Assembly: GCA_038323715.1 (NCBI GenBank)
Contig: JBBQHF010000002.1
Coordinates: forward strand, 15,102 to 79,101
DNA from: Patescibacteria group bacterium
GTDB taxonomy: Bacteria > Patescibacteriota > Patescibacteriia > Patescibacteriales > UBA12465
Length of the DNA stretch: 64,000 nt
Reading direction: 5' to 3'
Shown here one piece after another: positions 1 through 9,364 of the stretch; within the stretch, counting starts at the first letter, position 1, and every line of letters starts with the position of its first letter. Under the pieces are notes generated by a model. It had not been told where the DNA came from and made no database searches. It saw only the letters and a list, made by a program, of their open reading frames with translations. The position numbers were made by a program, and so were the translations under genes.

Positions 1-1
1 A

Positions 2-154
2 GCAATGAGACAACTAGAGAACATGACTGGTCTCAGGGCAAAAATTGACAAAGAAAACAAAAAAAAGGAACCGAGAGACTGGAAAGTCAAAGTCTGGGAA
101 AAAGAGCTAAGATGTGTGAAAAGATCTTTTGAAAGAACTCAAATCACCATTTAA
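2..154 (+). CDS. 3' end of an ORF entering from upstream of the window (or a 49-aa ORF from ATG at 5); Lys/Glu-rich, no recognisable family
   Basis: Hand translation of frame 2 gives AMRQLENMTGLRAKIDKENKKKEPRDWKVKVWEKELRCVKRSFERTQITI with TAA at 152-154 and no internal stop. A hairpin terminator follows. Confidence 0.3.
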   Translation, partial: AMRQLENMTGLRAKIDKENKKKEPRDWKVKVWEKELRCVKRSFERTQITI

Positions 155-175
155 AATAAATCTTATTTCCAGAAG

Positions 176-206
176 AATGCGCATCAAAAAAAGGTGCGCA
201 TTTTTA
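176..206. terminator. Intrinsic terminator hairpin between convergent gene ends
   Basis: Stem AATGCGCA (176-183) pairs with TGCGCATT (195-202), followed by a T-run. It lies between the ORF ends at 154 (+) and 208 (-). Confidence 0.6.
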
Positions 207-207
207 T

Positions 208-2931
208 TTAAAGTTCTTCCGCCTTCTCAACCGAAATCTCCGCCTTACTATTAATTATAACTTGGTCTCTCCGTTTTAATTCGCCGCCCAATATTTTATT
301 AGCAATCGTATCTTCAACCCTATCTTGCAATAAACGGCGCAAAGGACGAGCACCAAATTTAGGGTCATAACCAGCCTTTGCTAAAATCATTACCCCGTCT
401 TTATCAGCTTTTAAGCCAATCCCTTTATCCGCTAAATTCTTTTTTATTTTTTTAAGCATCAACGTGGCAATCGTAAATATATTTGCTTCGTCTAAAGGCC
501 TAAAAACAATAATACCATCAAAACGATTAATGAGCTCAGGGCGCATATGTTCTCTTAGCTGATTGTCAATTAATTCTTGTTTAATAATATTTAAACTGGC
601 CTTGGCTTTTATTTGATCTTGAATAAAAATAGCCCCAATATTAGAAGTGGCAATAATAATTGATTCGGCAAAGCTTATTGTTCTCCCCTGCCCATCCGTT
701 AAACGGCCATCATCTAAGAGTTGTAAAAACAAATTCAAAATATCTGGATTAGCCTTCTCTATTTCATCAAGCAGAATTAAAGAGAAGGGTTTTTTTCTAA
801 CTGCCTCAGTTAAATATCCCAAAGTGCCATCAACATCGCCAATCATTTTCCTCACACTATCCTGATTCTGATATTCACTCATATCAAGACGTATCAAATA
901 ATCTTCACTACCAAAATAAATTTGAGAAACGGCTTTTGCGAGTTCCGTTTTACCAACACCGGTTGGGCCCAGGAATAATAAACTAGCAATTGGACGACGA
1001 CTATCCTTCATGGCAGCGCGAGCGCGACGTAAACTAGCTGCGACCGCCTTTACGGCTTCATCTTGCCCAACCAATCTCTCATGAATTTCTACTTCTAAAT
1101 TCAAAAGTTTTTTACCTTCATCCGCCCCGATTTTATCAGAAGGGATGCCGGTTAGTTCAGCAATCGCCGACGCCACATCATCCCTTGAACAAAAAGGTTT
1201 ATCGGGATTATTTTTACTAGCAGCAACGGCAATCATTACCGCCTTTTCTAATAAATTAATTGCCTTAAGCGGTAAAAATTTATCATGTAAATATCGTGAA
1301 GCAAGCTTAACCGCTTGTTCCACTGCGCTATAAACTATATAAATATCATATTTTGCTTCTAAAATCCCCACCCGACTTTCAAGAATTTGAATAGCCTCAT
1401 TAACGTCAGGCTCCTTCACACCGATAGTAGTCATGGCTTCACCCAAAGATTTATTTTCAATATAATGAGAATAATTATCAGTAGTTGCGGCCGCAATACA
1501 AAAAATATGTTTACGGCTCAAGGCTTCGGCCAGGACTTCGGACAAATCTAAACTCTCCTTACTGCCCGCACTAATACCAATTAAATTCTCAATGTTATCA
1601 ATGTATAAAATAATATTTCCGGAACGATTAGCCTCGCTTATACAATTCATTAATCTCTCTTCAGCTGTGGCCGGGTCAGCGCCACTCACTAATTTAGAAA
1701 CTTCCAGCTCAACTAAACGTTTATCTTTCAAAAAAAGCGGCACATTTTCCTCAACCATCATTTGCGCCAAGCCTCCAATAATTGTGCTTTTACCCACGCC
1801 TGTTTGACCAACCAACAAAACACCATTATGACCGCCGATGAAAGCTTCGAAAATTGCGTTGATTTCTTTATTCCTCCCAACACATAAATCAAGCTGTCCG
1901 TATTTAGCTTTTAGGGTTAAGTCACGAGCAAAATGATCTAAAACGGGAGTAGCAATCGCTGTATATGACCTATTCATGCCCGAACCAGGTTTAAATAAGG
2001 CTGACTTTCTATATTCATGATATTTGTCCACCATTAGCTTATTAACCCGAAACCACTCGACGGCATTGATAATTTTGTCTTCATCAACTTCTAGTTCATA
2101 CATTATTTCCGCCAATTCTTCATCACGGCTATAACAAAATAAAATTATATTTAAAATATCAATGCTCTTTTGTCTACGATTAAAAGCGTCAACAAAGGAA
2201 GAAATAAAAGCTTCTTGTAGTTTAGCGGCAATGGCCCCACCGACCTCCACGGTCTCATCTTTTCCCGACTTACTTTTAGCATTAGCCAATTTGATAATTT
2301 GGCGGTCAATCATGTCCACCATCTTTTTAGCATCAACGTTTAATCTAATAAATAGACTTTGAACTTCTGGTGATTTTAAAGAAGCGCGAAAAAAATGAAT
2401 TATATCCGTTTGTTTTTGGCGTAATTTGCTAGACAGCAAGAAAGCATCTTCAATTATTCTCAAAGTTTCCTCGGATAAAGCGCGAGCAGTATTATATCTG
2501 CGGCTAGAATCATTTTTATATTTTTTATCGTCTTTAAAAAGATTATAATTTATTTTTTTAGTCGCTGCCACAGTAGCTCTATTTTTATAAACTAAAAACA
2601 AATCAAACCAGAGAGAAAGTAAAAACCCTGAAATTAAAATATCAGGCTTAGCCCAAAAGACAAACAAGTCAAGGGGATTTACCTGCAAGTTATCCCGGTG
2701 TAAAAATATCCAAATTGCAAAAGCGGCCCACCCAGAAAATATTGCCAGCCACAGAAAAAATCCTAACAGCTTGTTAATTTGGCGTTTAGTCTTATCAATA
2801 GCAATCAAAGATTTTTTAATCGTTTTGTCCCAATATAAAAATCTGCCCAGGAACCAAATACCTTGACCTTGACCACCGCTATCTTTTACAAATTCAGTTA
2901 TTTCATTTCGGTTTTTATCCATACTAACCAT
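208..2931 (-). CDS. Membrane-anchored two-ring Clp/Hsp100-family AAA+ ATPase (ClpA/ClpC-like layout, no M-domain, degenerate D1)
   Basis: Two N-terminal hydrophobic helices (LGFFLWLAIFSGWAAFAIWIFL and ILISGFLLSLWFDLFLVY). D1 has Walker A GQTGVGKS. D2 has Walker [13 protein letters not shown], Walker [23 protein letters not shown] and a GARPLRR sensor. The start is probably ATG at 2931, which overlaps the upstream stop (ATGGTTAG). Confidence 0.8.
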   Translation of the reverse strand: MVSMDKNRNEITEFVKDSGGQGQGIWFLGRFLYWDKTIKKSLIAIDKTKRQINKLLGFFLWLAIFSGWAAFAIWIFLHRDNLQVNPLDLFVFWAKPDILISGFLLSLWFDLFLVYKNRATVAATKKINYNLFKDDKKYKNDSSRRYNTARALSEETLRIIEDAFLLSSKLRQKQTDIIHFFRASLKSPEVQSLFIRLNVDAKKMVDMIDRQIIKLANAKSKSGKDETVEVGGAIAAKLQEAFISSFVDAFNRRQKSIDILNIILFCYSRDEELAEIMYELEVDEDKIINAVEWFRVNKLMVDKYHEYRKSALFKPGSGMNRSYTAIATPVLDHFARDLTLKAKYGQLDLCVGRNKEINAIFEAFIGGHNGVLLVGQTGVGKSTIIGGLAQMMVEENVPLFLKDKRLVELEVSKLVSGADPATAEERLMNCISEANRSGNIILYIDNIENLIGISAGSKESLDLSEVLAEALSRKHIFCIAAATTDNYSHYIENKSLGEAMTTIGVKEPDVNEAIQILESRVGILEAKYDIYIVYSAVEQAVKLASRYLHDKFLPLKAINLLEKAVMIAVAASKNNPDKPFCSRDDVASAIAELTGIPSDKIGADEGKKLLNLEVEIHERLVGQDEAVKAVAASLRRARAAMKDSRRPIASLLFLGPTGVGKTELAKAVSQIYFGSEDYLIRLDMSEYQNQDSVRKMIGDVDGTLGYLTEAVRKKPFSLILLDEIEKANPDILNLFLQLLDDGRLTDGQGRTISFAESIIIATSNIGAIFIQDQIKAKASLNIIKQELIDNQLREHMRPELINRFDGIIVFRPLDEANIFTIATLMLKKIKKNLADKGIGLKADKDGVMILAKAGYDPKFGARPLRRLLQDRVEDTIANKILGGELKRRDQVIINSKAEISVEKAEEL

Positions 2932-3292
2932 TAATTTGAAAAAATAAAGCAATTAATAAAAACAGGGGGAAGGTCAACCACAACAAAGCAAGGGTGATTA
3001 AAATTAATAACCAAATAACTAACATCGCTCCTCGCGCTATAATTTGAATAAAACGAATGAAAAAGCTAATCACCCTACCAGCAATATCATACTGGCCATA
3101 CATCGGAACAAAAATATTCTTAAGCCAAATACTAAAACCTAAGGATTTCGCTTGGTTACGCAAAAAGTTGAGCTCTTTTTTCAAGGTCTCAATAAATCCG
3201 ACGCTATACCACCAAAGTGGAAAATAAAGAATCTCGCCTATGGTTTGAAAGAATATCTTTCCCCCATAAGTTAAGAAGTTATGCCTCAACAT
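2924..3292 (-). CDS. Small polytopic membrane protein, no recognisable family, translationally coupled to the downstream membrane Clp ATPase
   Basis: The 122-aa ORF has hydrophobic stretches (AMLVIWLLILITLALLWLTFPLFLLIALFF). Its TAG stop overlaps the ATG of the next gene. Confidence 0.55.
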   Translation of the reverse strand: MLRHNFLTYGGKIFFQTIGEILYFPLWWYSVGFIETLKKELNFLRNQAKSLGFSIWLKNIFVPMYGQYDIAGRVISFFIRFIQIIARGAMLVIWLLILITLALLWLTFPLFLLIALFFQING

Positions 3293-3404
3293 ACATGATT
3301 TTATTAATTTTATTTTAACATAAAAACAAAATAATCACAATTAATTTTTAATTTAATTTAAGTCATAAACTGACCAAAAGCGAACCTTTATGATTAATCT
3401 AGAA

Positions 3405-3433
3405 TTGACAACCGACCAGCCTTATACTATCAT
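3405..3433 (+). promoter_or_regulatory. Sigma-70-type promoter for clpB
   Basis: TTGACA (3405-3410), a 17-nt spacer, then TATCAT (3428-3433), immediately upstream of the CIRCE operator. Confidence 0.55.
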
Positions 3434-3437
3434 AGAA

Positions 3438-3464
3438 TTAGCACTCTAATAATATGACTGCTAA
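3438..3464. promoter_or_regulatory. CIRCE (HrcA operator) inverted repeat upstream of clpB
   Basis: TTAGCACTC-N9-GACTGCTAA, one mismatch from the consensus TTAGCACTC-N9-GAGTGCTAA. It lies between the -10 box and the clpB ATG. Confidence 0.8.
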
Positions 3465-3491
3465 ATATTAAAATTCTTTTAATTCAATTAT

Positions 3492-6131
3492 ATGTTTAAT
3501 AAATTTACCGATAAATCCCAAGAAGTAATCATTAATTCTCAAGTAATCGCCTCAAATTATGGCCAACATAATATTGAGGCTCTTCATATATTTTTAGCTC
3601 TGCTTGAACAAAATGAAGGCTTAGTAAAACCAATTTTAGAAAAATTAAAAATTGATCCAGAAGTGATGGAAGAGGTTGTAATCAAAGAACTTAAACATTT
3701 ACCTGGAACTAAAATAACCCCTCACGCCGGGCCAGTTCAAGCTGTTTCGGGAACTGCTGAAACGGCCGCTATTTTAGAAAGAGCCCAAAAAGAGGCCGAC
3801 GGCATGAATGATGAATTTATTTCAACTGAACATATTTTGCTCGCTCTAATAGGAATCAATTCTCCTGCACAAAAAATACTATTAGATTTCAAAGTTGAAT
3901 ATCAAACAGTCAAAGGTATTCTAAAAAATTTACGTGGTAATCAAACAATAAGTGACCCCTTCCCTGAAAATAAATTTCAAGTCCTAGAAAAATATACAAC
4001 CAACCTAACTGAACTGGCGAGACAAGAAAAATTAGATCCTGTTATTGGTCGCGATATGGAAATAAGAAGAATCATGCAGGTACTTCTTCGTCGTACAAAA
4101 AATAATCCAGTTTTAATTGGTGAGGCTGGAACCGGAAAAACGGCTGTTGTTGAAGGACTAGCGCAAAGGATAGTGTCAGGGGATGTTCCGGAGAACCTTA
4201 AGAATAAAGAAATTATTTCTTTAGATTTAGGCTCAATTGTGGCTGGCGCTAAGTTTAGGGGTGAATTTGAAGATCGTTTAAAAGCTATTTTAAAAGAAGT
4301 TAAATCGCAGAATGGTCGTTTAATTCTTTTCATTGACGAACTACACACCCTTATCGGCGCCGGCGCATCGGAAGGGTCAATGGATGCTTCTAATATGTTA
4401 AAACCGGCTCTTGCTCGTGGCGAACTCCGGACTATTGGCGCGACCACAACCAAAGAATATCAAAAATATATTGAAAAAGACGCCGCACTAGAAAGAAGAT
4501 TCCAACCAATTTATGTTTCCGAGCCAAGCGTAGAAGATACTATTAGCATGTTGCGCGGATTAAAAGAAAAATATGAAGTCCATCACGGCGTTAGAATTAC
4601 TGACAACGCTTTAATCGCGGCCGCTAAACTTTCTAATCGTTATATTAGTGATCGTTTTTTGCCAGACAAAGCAGTAGATCTTATAGACGAAGCCACCTCC
4701 TCATTACGGATGGAAATTGATTCTATGCCCGACGAGCTAGACCAGTTAAAAAGAAAAATAATTCAGCTAGAACTGAACAAAGCGGGCCTAATGACTACTG
4801 ATAAAAAATCTTCCAAAATCAGAGCCATTAATCAAGAATTGGCTAAAATAAAAGAGAGCTCAACCCAGCTTGAGCTTCACTGGAATAACGAAAAAAATAT
4901 TATTTCTCAAATAAGAATTTCTAAAAAAGAAATAGAAGATTTAAAAATAAAAGCAGAAATTTCCCAAAGACAAGGAGCTGATTTAACAGAGGTGGCTAAA
5001 ATAAAGTACGGTCTTATCCCAGAACTAGAAAATAAAATTAACAAATCACAAGAGGAATTATTAAAAATACAAAAAAGAGGCCAAAGAATATTAAAGGAAG
5101 AGGTTGACGAAGAAGATATCGCTAAAGTAGTGGCTCGCTGGACAGGGATACCAGTAAACAGAATGTTGCAGGATGAAATCAAAAAATTAAGTGATGCCGA
5201 AAAAGACCTTAACCAAGAAGTTGTCGGGCAAGAAGATGCTATTAAAGCTGTAGCTAATGCTTTAAGAAGGTCGCGCGCTGGGATTAATGAAGAAAAAAGA
5301 CCAATCGGTTCATTCTTATTTGTTGGTCCAACCGGAGTCGGAAAAACCGAGCTCGCTAAAACTCTGGCCAAATTCATGTTTGATGATGAACGCTCTTTGA
5401 TTAGGTTAGATATGAGCGAATTTATGGAAAAGCATTCCGTTGCCAAACTTATTGGCTCTCCTCCAGGATATATCGGGCACGATGATGGGGGGCAGTTAAC
5501 CGATAAAGTTCGCCGACATCCTTATAGCGTGGTCTTATTTGATGAAATAGAAAAAGCCCATCCCGACATGTTTAATGTTTTACTGCAAATACTTGATGAT
5601 GGACGTTTAACCGACTCAAAAGGAAGAGGTATAAATTTCAAGAATACTATTGTTATTATGACTTCCAACCTTGGTAACGAAGTTATAAAACATTATTCTA
5701 TTGGCTTTAGTGATGAAAGCGACAAAAAACAAGCGACCAAGATGCGCACCGAAGAAATGAAAGAAAAAATTGATAAAATTTTAAAAGAACATTTCAAGCT
5801 TGAGTTCTTAAATAGAATAGATGAGGTGGTTCTCTTTCATAGCTTATCCCCTGAAGCTTTAGAAAAAATAGTAGATTTAGAATTACAAAAAGTAGAAAAA
5901 AGATTAGCCGGAAAAAATATCGACTTGAAGGTTGGTGTTAAAGTCAAAAAAATGTTAGCCGAAAAAGGCTATGACATCACTTATGGGGCACGCCCACTAA
6001 AGAGAATTATTCAAAATCTAATTCTAGATGAGTTAGCTCTAGAAATAATTGAAGGAAAAATAAAAGAGGGTGGTAAGGTAAAGATCGACCTAGAGGAAAA
6101 AAATAAAATAGCGATTAAAATAATAAAATAA
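3492..6131 (+). CDS. clpB: Chaperone/disaggregase ClpB (long M-domain) with an extra IGF-containing loop in D2
   Basis: Clp_N repeats; D1 GEAGTGKT / [10 protein letters not shown]; a ~135-aa coiled-coil M-domain; D2 [12 protein letters not shown] / [10 protein letters not shown]; [16 protein letters not shown]; GARPLKR. Confidence 0.9.
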   Translation: MFNKFTDKSQEVIINSQVIASNYGQHNIEALHIFLALLEQNEGLVKPILEKLKIDPEVMEEVVIKELKHLPGTKITPHAGPVQAVSGTAETAAILERAQKEADGMNDEFISTEHILLALIGINSPAQKILLDFKVEYQTVKGILKNLRGNQTISDPFPENKFQVLEKYTTNLTELARQEKLDPVIGRDMEIRRIMQVLLRRTKNNPVLIGEAGTGKTAVVEGLAQRIVSGDVPENLKNKEIISLDLGSIVAGAKFRGEFEDRLKAILKEVKSQNGRLILFIDELHTLIGAGASEGSMDASNMLKPALARGELRTIGATTTKEYQKYIEKDAALERRFQPIYVSEPSVEDTISMLRGLKEKYEVHHGVRITDNALIAAAKLSNRYISDRFLPDKAVDLIDEATSSLRMEIDSMPDELDQLKRKIIQLELNKAGLMTTDKKSSKIRAINQELAKIKESSTQLELHWNNEKNIISQIRISKKEIEDLKIKAEISQRQGADLTEVAKIKYGLIPELENKINKSQEELLKIQKRGQRILKEEVDEEDIAKVVARWTGIPVNRMLQDEIKKLSDAEKDLNQEVVGQEDAIKAVANALRRSRAGINEEKRPIGSFLFVGPTGVGKTELAKTLAKFMFDDERSLIRLDMSEFMEKHSVAKLIGSPPGYIGHDDGGQLTDKVRRHPYSVVLFDEIEKAHPDMFNVLLQILDDGRLTDSKGRGINFKNTIVIMTSNLGNEVIKHYSIGFSDESDKKQATKMRTEEMKEKIDKILKEHFKLEFLNRIDEVVLFHSLSPEALEKIVDLELQKVEKRLAGKNIDLKVGVKVKKMLAEKGYDITYGARPLKRIIQNLILDELALEIIEGKIKEGGKVKIDLEEKNKIAIKIIK

Positions 6132-6138
6132 TAAAAAT

Positions 6139-6166
6139 AAAAACCCGTCAATTGATGGGTTTTTTG
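6139..6166 (+). terminator. Intrinsic terminator after clpB
   Basis: AAACCCGTCAATTGATGGGTTT hairpin followed by a T-run. Confidence 0.65.
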
Positions 6167-6231
6167 ATTGCCGAACCCTAAAAAGTATACTATAATAAGA
6201 ATTAAATACTTCAAAAAGATTATTTAAATAA

Positions 6232-7731
6232 ATGAAAAAAATGAAAAATCAACAAACAGTAGCTATATCTCTAATATTAGCCATCCTAATTACATTTTTT
6301 AGTTTTAGTGTCAACTCCGTCCATGCTCAAATAGCAATAGACCCAAATTTTAATCCGCACAACATAATATCTGATGCGGATCTGATGGATGCTAGCGCGA
6401 TGAGTTTAGCTGAAATCCAAAACTTTTTACAAAGTAAGAACAGCTATTTAGCAAATTATATCGCCCCCAATAATACCGGTATTGCAAAAACGGCCGCCGA
6501 AATCATATATGATGCCACAAATAATAATTTTAATTGTGACGGCGCAATCTTAAGCGATACTCCAACAGATGCGGAAAAAAGATTAAAATGCCAAACAATT
6601 AAAACTGTAAATCCTAAATTTATTTTAGTCCTTTTACAAAAAGAGGCTAGTTTAATAGAAGACACGTCGCCAGCACAGGCTCGTCTTGATTGGGCGGCAG
6701 GATACGGTTGCCCAGATAATTGGGCCTGTAATCCTTATTACAAAGGTTTTGGAAAACAAGTAAATAGTGCCGCCTTACAATTTTTAGCATACATGAATGA
6801 ACAAGAAAAATATAAGTACCAAGCCGGTAAAACATATGTTTTCACAAACCCCTATGGCACAATTTCTAATGAACCGATGTCAGTAACCCCACAAAACAAA
6901 GCAACGGCCGCTTTATATAACTACACCCCTCATGTTTTTAATGGTAATTATAATGTTTATAAACTATTTAACCGTTATTTTCCAAATACTCCATTCTCCG
7001 CTATTTATCCAGACGGTTCACTAGTTAAATCGGACGGCGGCTCAGGAATCTGGCTGATAGAAAATGGTAAAAAAAGGCCTTTCTTAAATTATTCATCCTT
7101 CATTTCACGTTTCAATCCTAATCAAATATTAATAGCCTCAAAAACTATAATTGACGGATATCCAAATGGAGAGAATATTAAATTTCCGGATTATTCTCTA
7201 GTACAAACTCCAGATAAAAAAATATATTTGTTAGTCGGAAACGAGAAAAGACAATTTGACAGTTTAAGTGCCTTTAAATCTATTGGGTTTAATGTTGAAG
7301 AAATTGAACTAGCCACAGAAACAGAGCTAGCAAGTTATGCAATTGGAAAAACAATTACTGCTACCTCCAGTTATGTAACTGGCGCCTTGCTACAAGACCA
7401 AACTACTGGCGGAGTATTCTATGTTGAAAATAATACCAAAGCTCCTTTGCTAGATAGAATTTTACTAACAACTAAATTTAAAGGTAAAAAAATAATTAAG
7501 GTTTCACCAACTATACTCAATTCCTATCAAAAAATTGCCCCCGTATTATTTGGCGATGGCATATTATTGAAAACAGACTCTTTCCCAACTGTATATCTAG
7601 TATCAAATGGCAAAAAAAGACCATTTGCCAATGAAAATATTTTCAAATCTTTAGGTTATAATTCTACTAACGTAATAAGTGTATCTTCACAGTTTTTAGC
7701 TAATTACCCTCAAGGTGAAATAATTCAATAA
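6232..7731 (+). CDS. Secreted protein: N-terminal Cys-containing domain plus four C-terminal ~58-aa repeats, family unknown
   Basis: Signal peptide (MKKMKNQQTVAISLILAILITFFSFSVNSVHA). The C-terminal repeats each carry a (V/I)(Y/W)L(I/V)xNGKKRPF-type core. Confidence 0.6.
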   Translation: MKKMKNQQTVAISLILAILITFFSFSVNSVHAQIAIDPNFNPHNIISDADLMDASAMSLAEIQNFLQSKNSYLANYIAPNNTGIAKTAAEIIYDATNNNFNCDGAILSDTPTDAEKRLKCQTIKTVNPKFILVLLQKEASLIEDTSPAQARLDWAAGYGCPDNWACNPYYKGFGKQVNSAALQFLAYMNEQEKYKYQAGKTYVFTNPYGTISNEPMSVTPQNKATAALYNYTPHVFNGNYNVYKLFNRYFPNTPFSAIYPDGSLVKSDGGSGIWLIENGKKRPFLNYSSFISRFNPNQILIASKTIIDGYPNGENIKFPDYSLVQTPDKKIYLLVGNEKRQFDSLSAFKSIGFNVEEIELATETELASYAIGKTITATSSYVTGALLQDQTTGGVFYVENNTKAPLLDRILLTTKFKGKKIIKVSPTILNSYQKIAPVLFGDGILLKTDSFPTVYLVSNGKKRPFANENIFKSLGYNSTNVISVSSQFLANYPQGEIIQ

Positions 7732-7735
7732 GTAT

Positions 7736-8596
7736 ATGCCCTTAATAAAAGCTGCTTTACTCCCCCATTCCCCACTTCTAATACCTGAGATAGGAAGAGC
7801 TAATCATAACTTTTTAGCAAAAACTACGAATGCTTACCAAAAAATAAAAAATGACTTGATGGAATCTGGGGTTGAAACTGTCATTATAATTTCTCCTCAC
7901 ACTCCCATCCAAGAAGACTTTTTTATAACTAGTGCCGCTCCAGAAATGGAAATTAGTTTTTCTGATTTTGGTTTTATCCCGACAAAAACTATTGTCAAAG
8001 GGGACATTGTCCTGTCAGATAAAATTAAAAATCAACTTAAGCCAGAGTTGCCCATTAAAGGTTTATCGGACAATAAACTTGATTATGGTAGCGCGATTCC
8101 TCTATATTTATTAAGAAGTCCTGAATCTAATTTTAAAATAGTGGTTATTTCTCCAGCGGAAAAATTGGGGCTCCAAGCACATTTAGAGTTTGGCGCAAAA
8201 TTATCAAATATAATTGCCGAAAGCGATAAAAAAATTGCAGTCATTGCTTCTGGAGACTTATCCCACAGACTAAAAAGAAAATCGCCCGGAGGGTACTCCC
8301 CAAAAGGAACTAAGTTTGATAATAAATTAATTGAATATTTGAGCGAACCACAAACTGCTAAAGAGAACATCTTAAAAATGGACAAAAATTTAATATTAGA
8401 GGCTAGTGAGTGCGGCTTGAAACCAATCCTTATATTATTAGGGTTAATTGATAATATTAAATGGGAACCAGACATCTTAGCTTATCAAACAGACTTTGGA
8501 GTTGGATACCTTAGTTTAGAATTCATCATAGAAAAAGAAGAGACGGCCAATATAACGGCAGCGAGCAAAATATTAGTTGACGTCATAACAGAATAG
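7736..8596 (+). CDS. LigB/Memo-like class III extradiol dioxygenase superfamily protein
   Basis: N-terminus AALLPHSPLLIPE, VIIISPH, and IAVIASGDLSHRL resemble the LigB/YgiD/Memo fold signatures. Family assignment comes from motif memory only. Confidence 0.5.
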   Translation: MPLIKAALLPHSPLLIPEIGRANHNFLAKTTNAYQKIKNDLMESGVETVIIISPHTPIQEDFFITSAAPEMEISFSDFGFIPTKTIVKGDIVLSDKIKNQLKPELPIKGLSDNKLDYGSAIPLYLLRSPESNFKIVVISPAEKLGLQAHLEFGAKLSNIIAESDKKIAVIASGDLSHRLKRKSPGGYSPKGTKFDNKLIEYLSEPQTAKENILKMDKNLILEASECGLKPILILLGLIDNIKWEPDILAYQTDFGVGYLSLEFIIEKEETANITAASKILVDVITE

Positions 8597-8598
8597 AT

Positions 8599-8859
8599 AT
8601 GAAAGATAACTTTCAATCATTTTCCGATATTTTCAAAAACCGAAAAATAGTTAAAGCGCCAGCATACCCCTGGCAAGATTTAGCTTTAAGAGTTATAGCA
8701 GACTTGGGAGTGCCAGGCTTTAAACGTTCTTCAGTATTTAAAGCTTGTAAGGATTTGCCCATCAATGTGGTGGAGCGAGCTCTAAACGATACCAAGGAAT
8801 TATGCAAAAGCGGTGCGAAATGGAAATATTTTTTCAAAATACTAGATAATACAAAATAA
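8599..8859 (+). CDS. Small hypothetical protein (86 aa)
   Basis: The ORF is tightly packed between neighbours (3-nt and 1-nt gaps) on the same strand. No recognisable motif. Confidence 0.4.
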   Translation: MKDNFQSFSDIFKNRKIVKAPAYPWQDLALRVIADLGVPGFKRSSVFKACKDLPINVVERALNDTKELCKSGAKWKYFFKILDNTK

Positions 8860-8860
8860 T

Positions 8861-9364
8861 ATGCCCAAGCAATTAAATATATTAACTCACCCAAATCCGA
8901 TATTAAGAAACAAATCGCTAGAAATTAAAAAAGAGATTCTTTTAGATAAAGAGATGAAAGAATTACTTTTGGATATGGAAAAAACGATGAAAGAAAAAGA
9001 TGGTGCCGGGTTAGCCGCTCCTCAAATTGGAAAAAACATACGCCTAATCGTTATCAGCCATGGTAAAAAAACATTATTTTTAATTAACCCAAAAATTACC
9101 AAGAAATCATGGGCCAAAAAAGTAGAAGAAGAGGGATGTTTGTCAGTTTTAAATAAAAAAGGAGAAATAATATATGCGCCAGTTTCTCGTCATAAAAAAA
9201 TAAGTTGCATCTATCTTAATGAAAAAGGTAATAAAAAAACTCTAGCCGCCGAAGATATGCTAGCCAGAGTAATCCAACATGAAATAGATCATTTAGACGG
9301 AATCCTTTTTATTGATAGACTTAATCAACTTCCCACCGAACCACAGAATACCAAAAAACAATAA
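8861..9364 (+). CDS. def: Peptide deformylase
   Basis: Three PDF motifs are present: GAGLAAPQIG, EGCLSV and QHEIDHLDG. Confidence 0.92.
   Translation: MPKQLNILTHPNPILRNKSLEIKKEILLDKEMKELLLDMEKTMKEKDGAGLAAPQIGKNIRLIVISHGKKTLFLINPKITKKSWAKKVEEEGCLSVLNKKGEIIYAPVSRHKKISCIYLNEKGNKKTLAAEDMLARVIQHEIDHLDGILFIDRLNQLPTEPQNTKKQ

Noticed and set aside
3977-5446. 158-aa and 179-aa minus-strand ORFs inside clpB. Similar antisense ORFs occur inside the membrane Clp gene, dnaK, dnaJ, atpD, atpC, the PBP gene and others.
   Set aside because: They are shadow ORFs, fully nested antisense to strongly supported conserved genes. They are low-complexity and Ser/Leu/Ile-rich, with no motifs.
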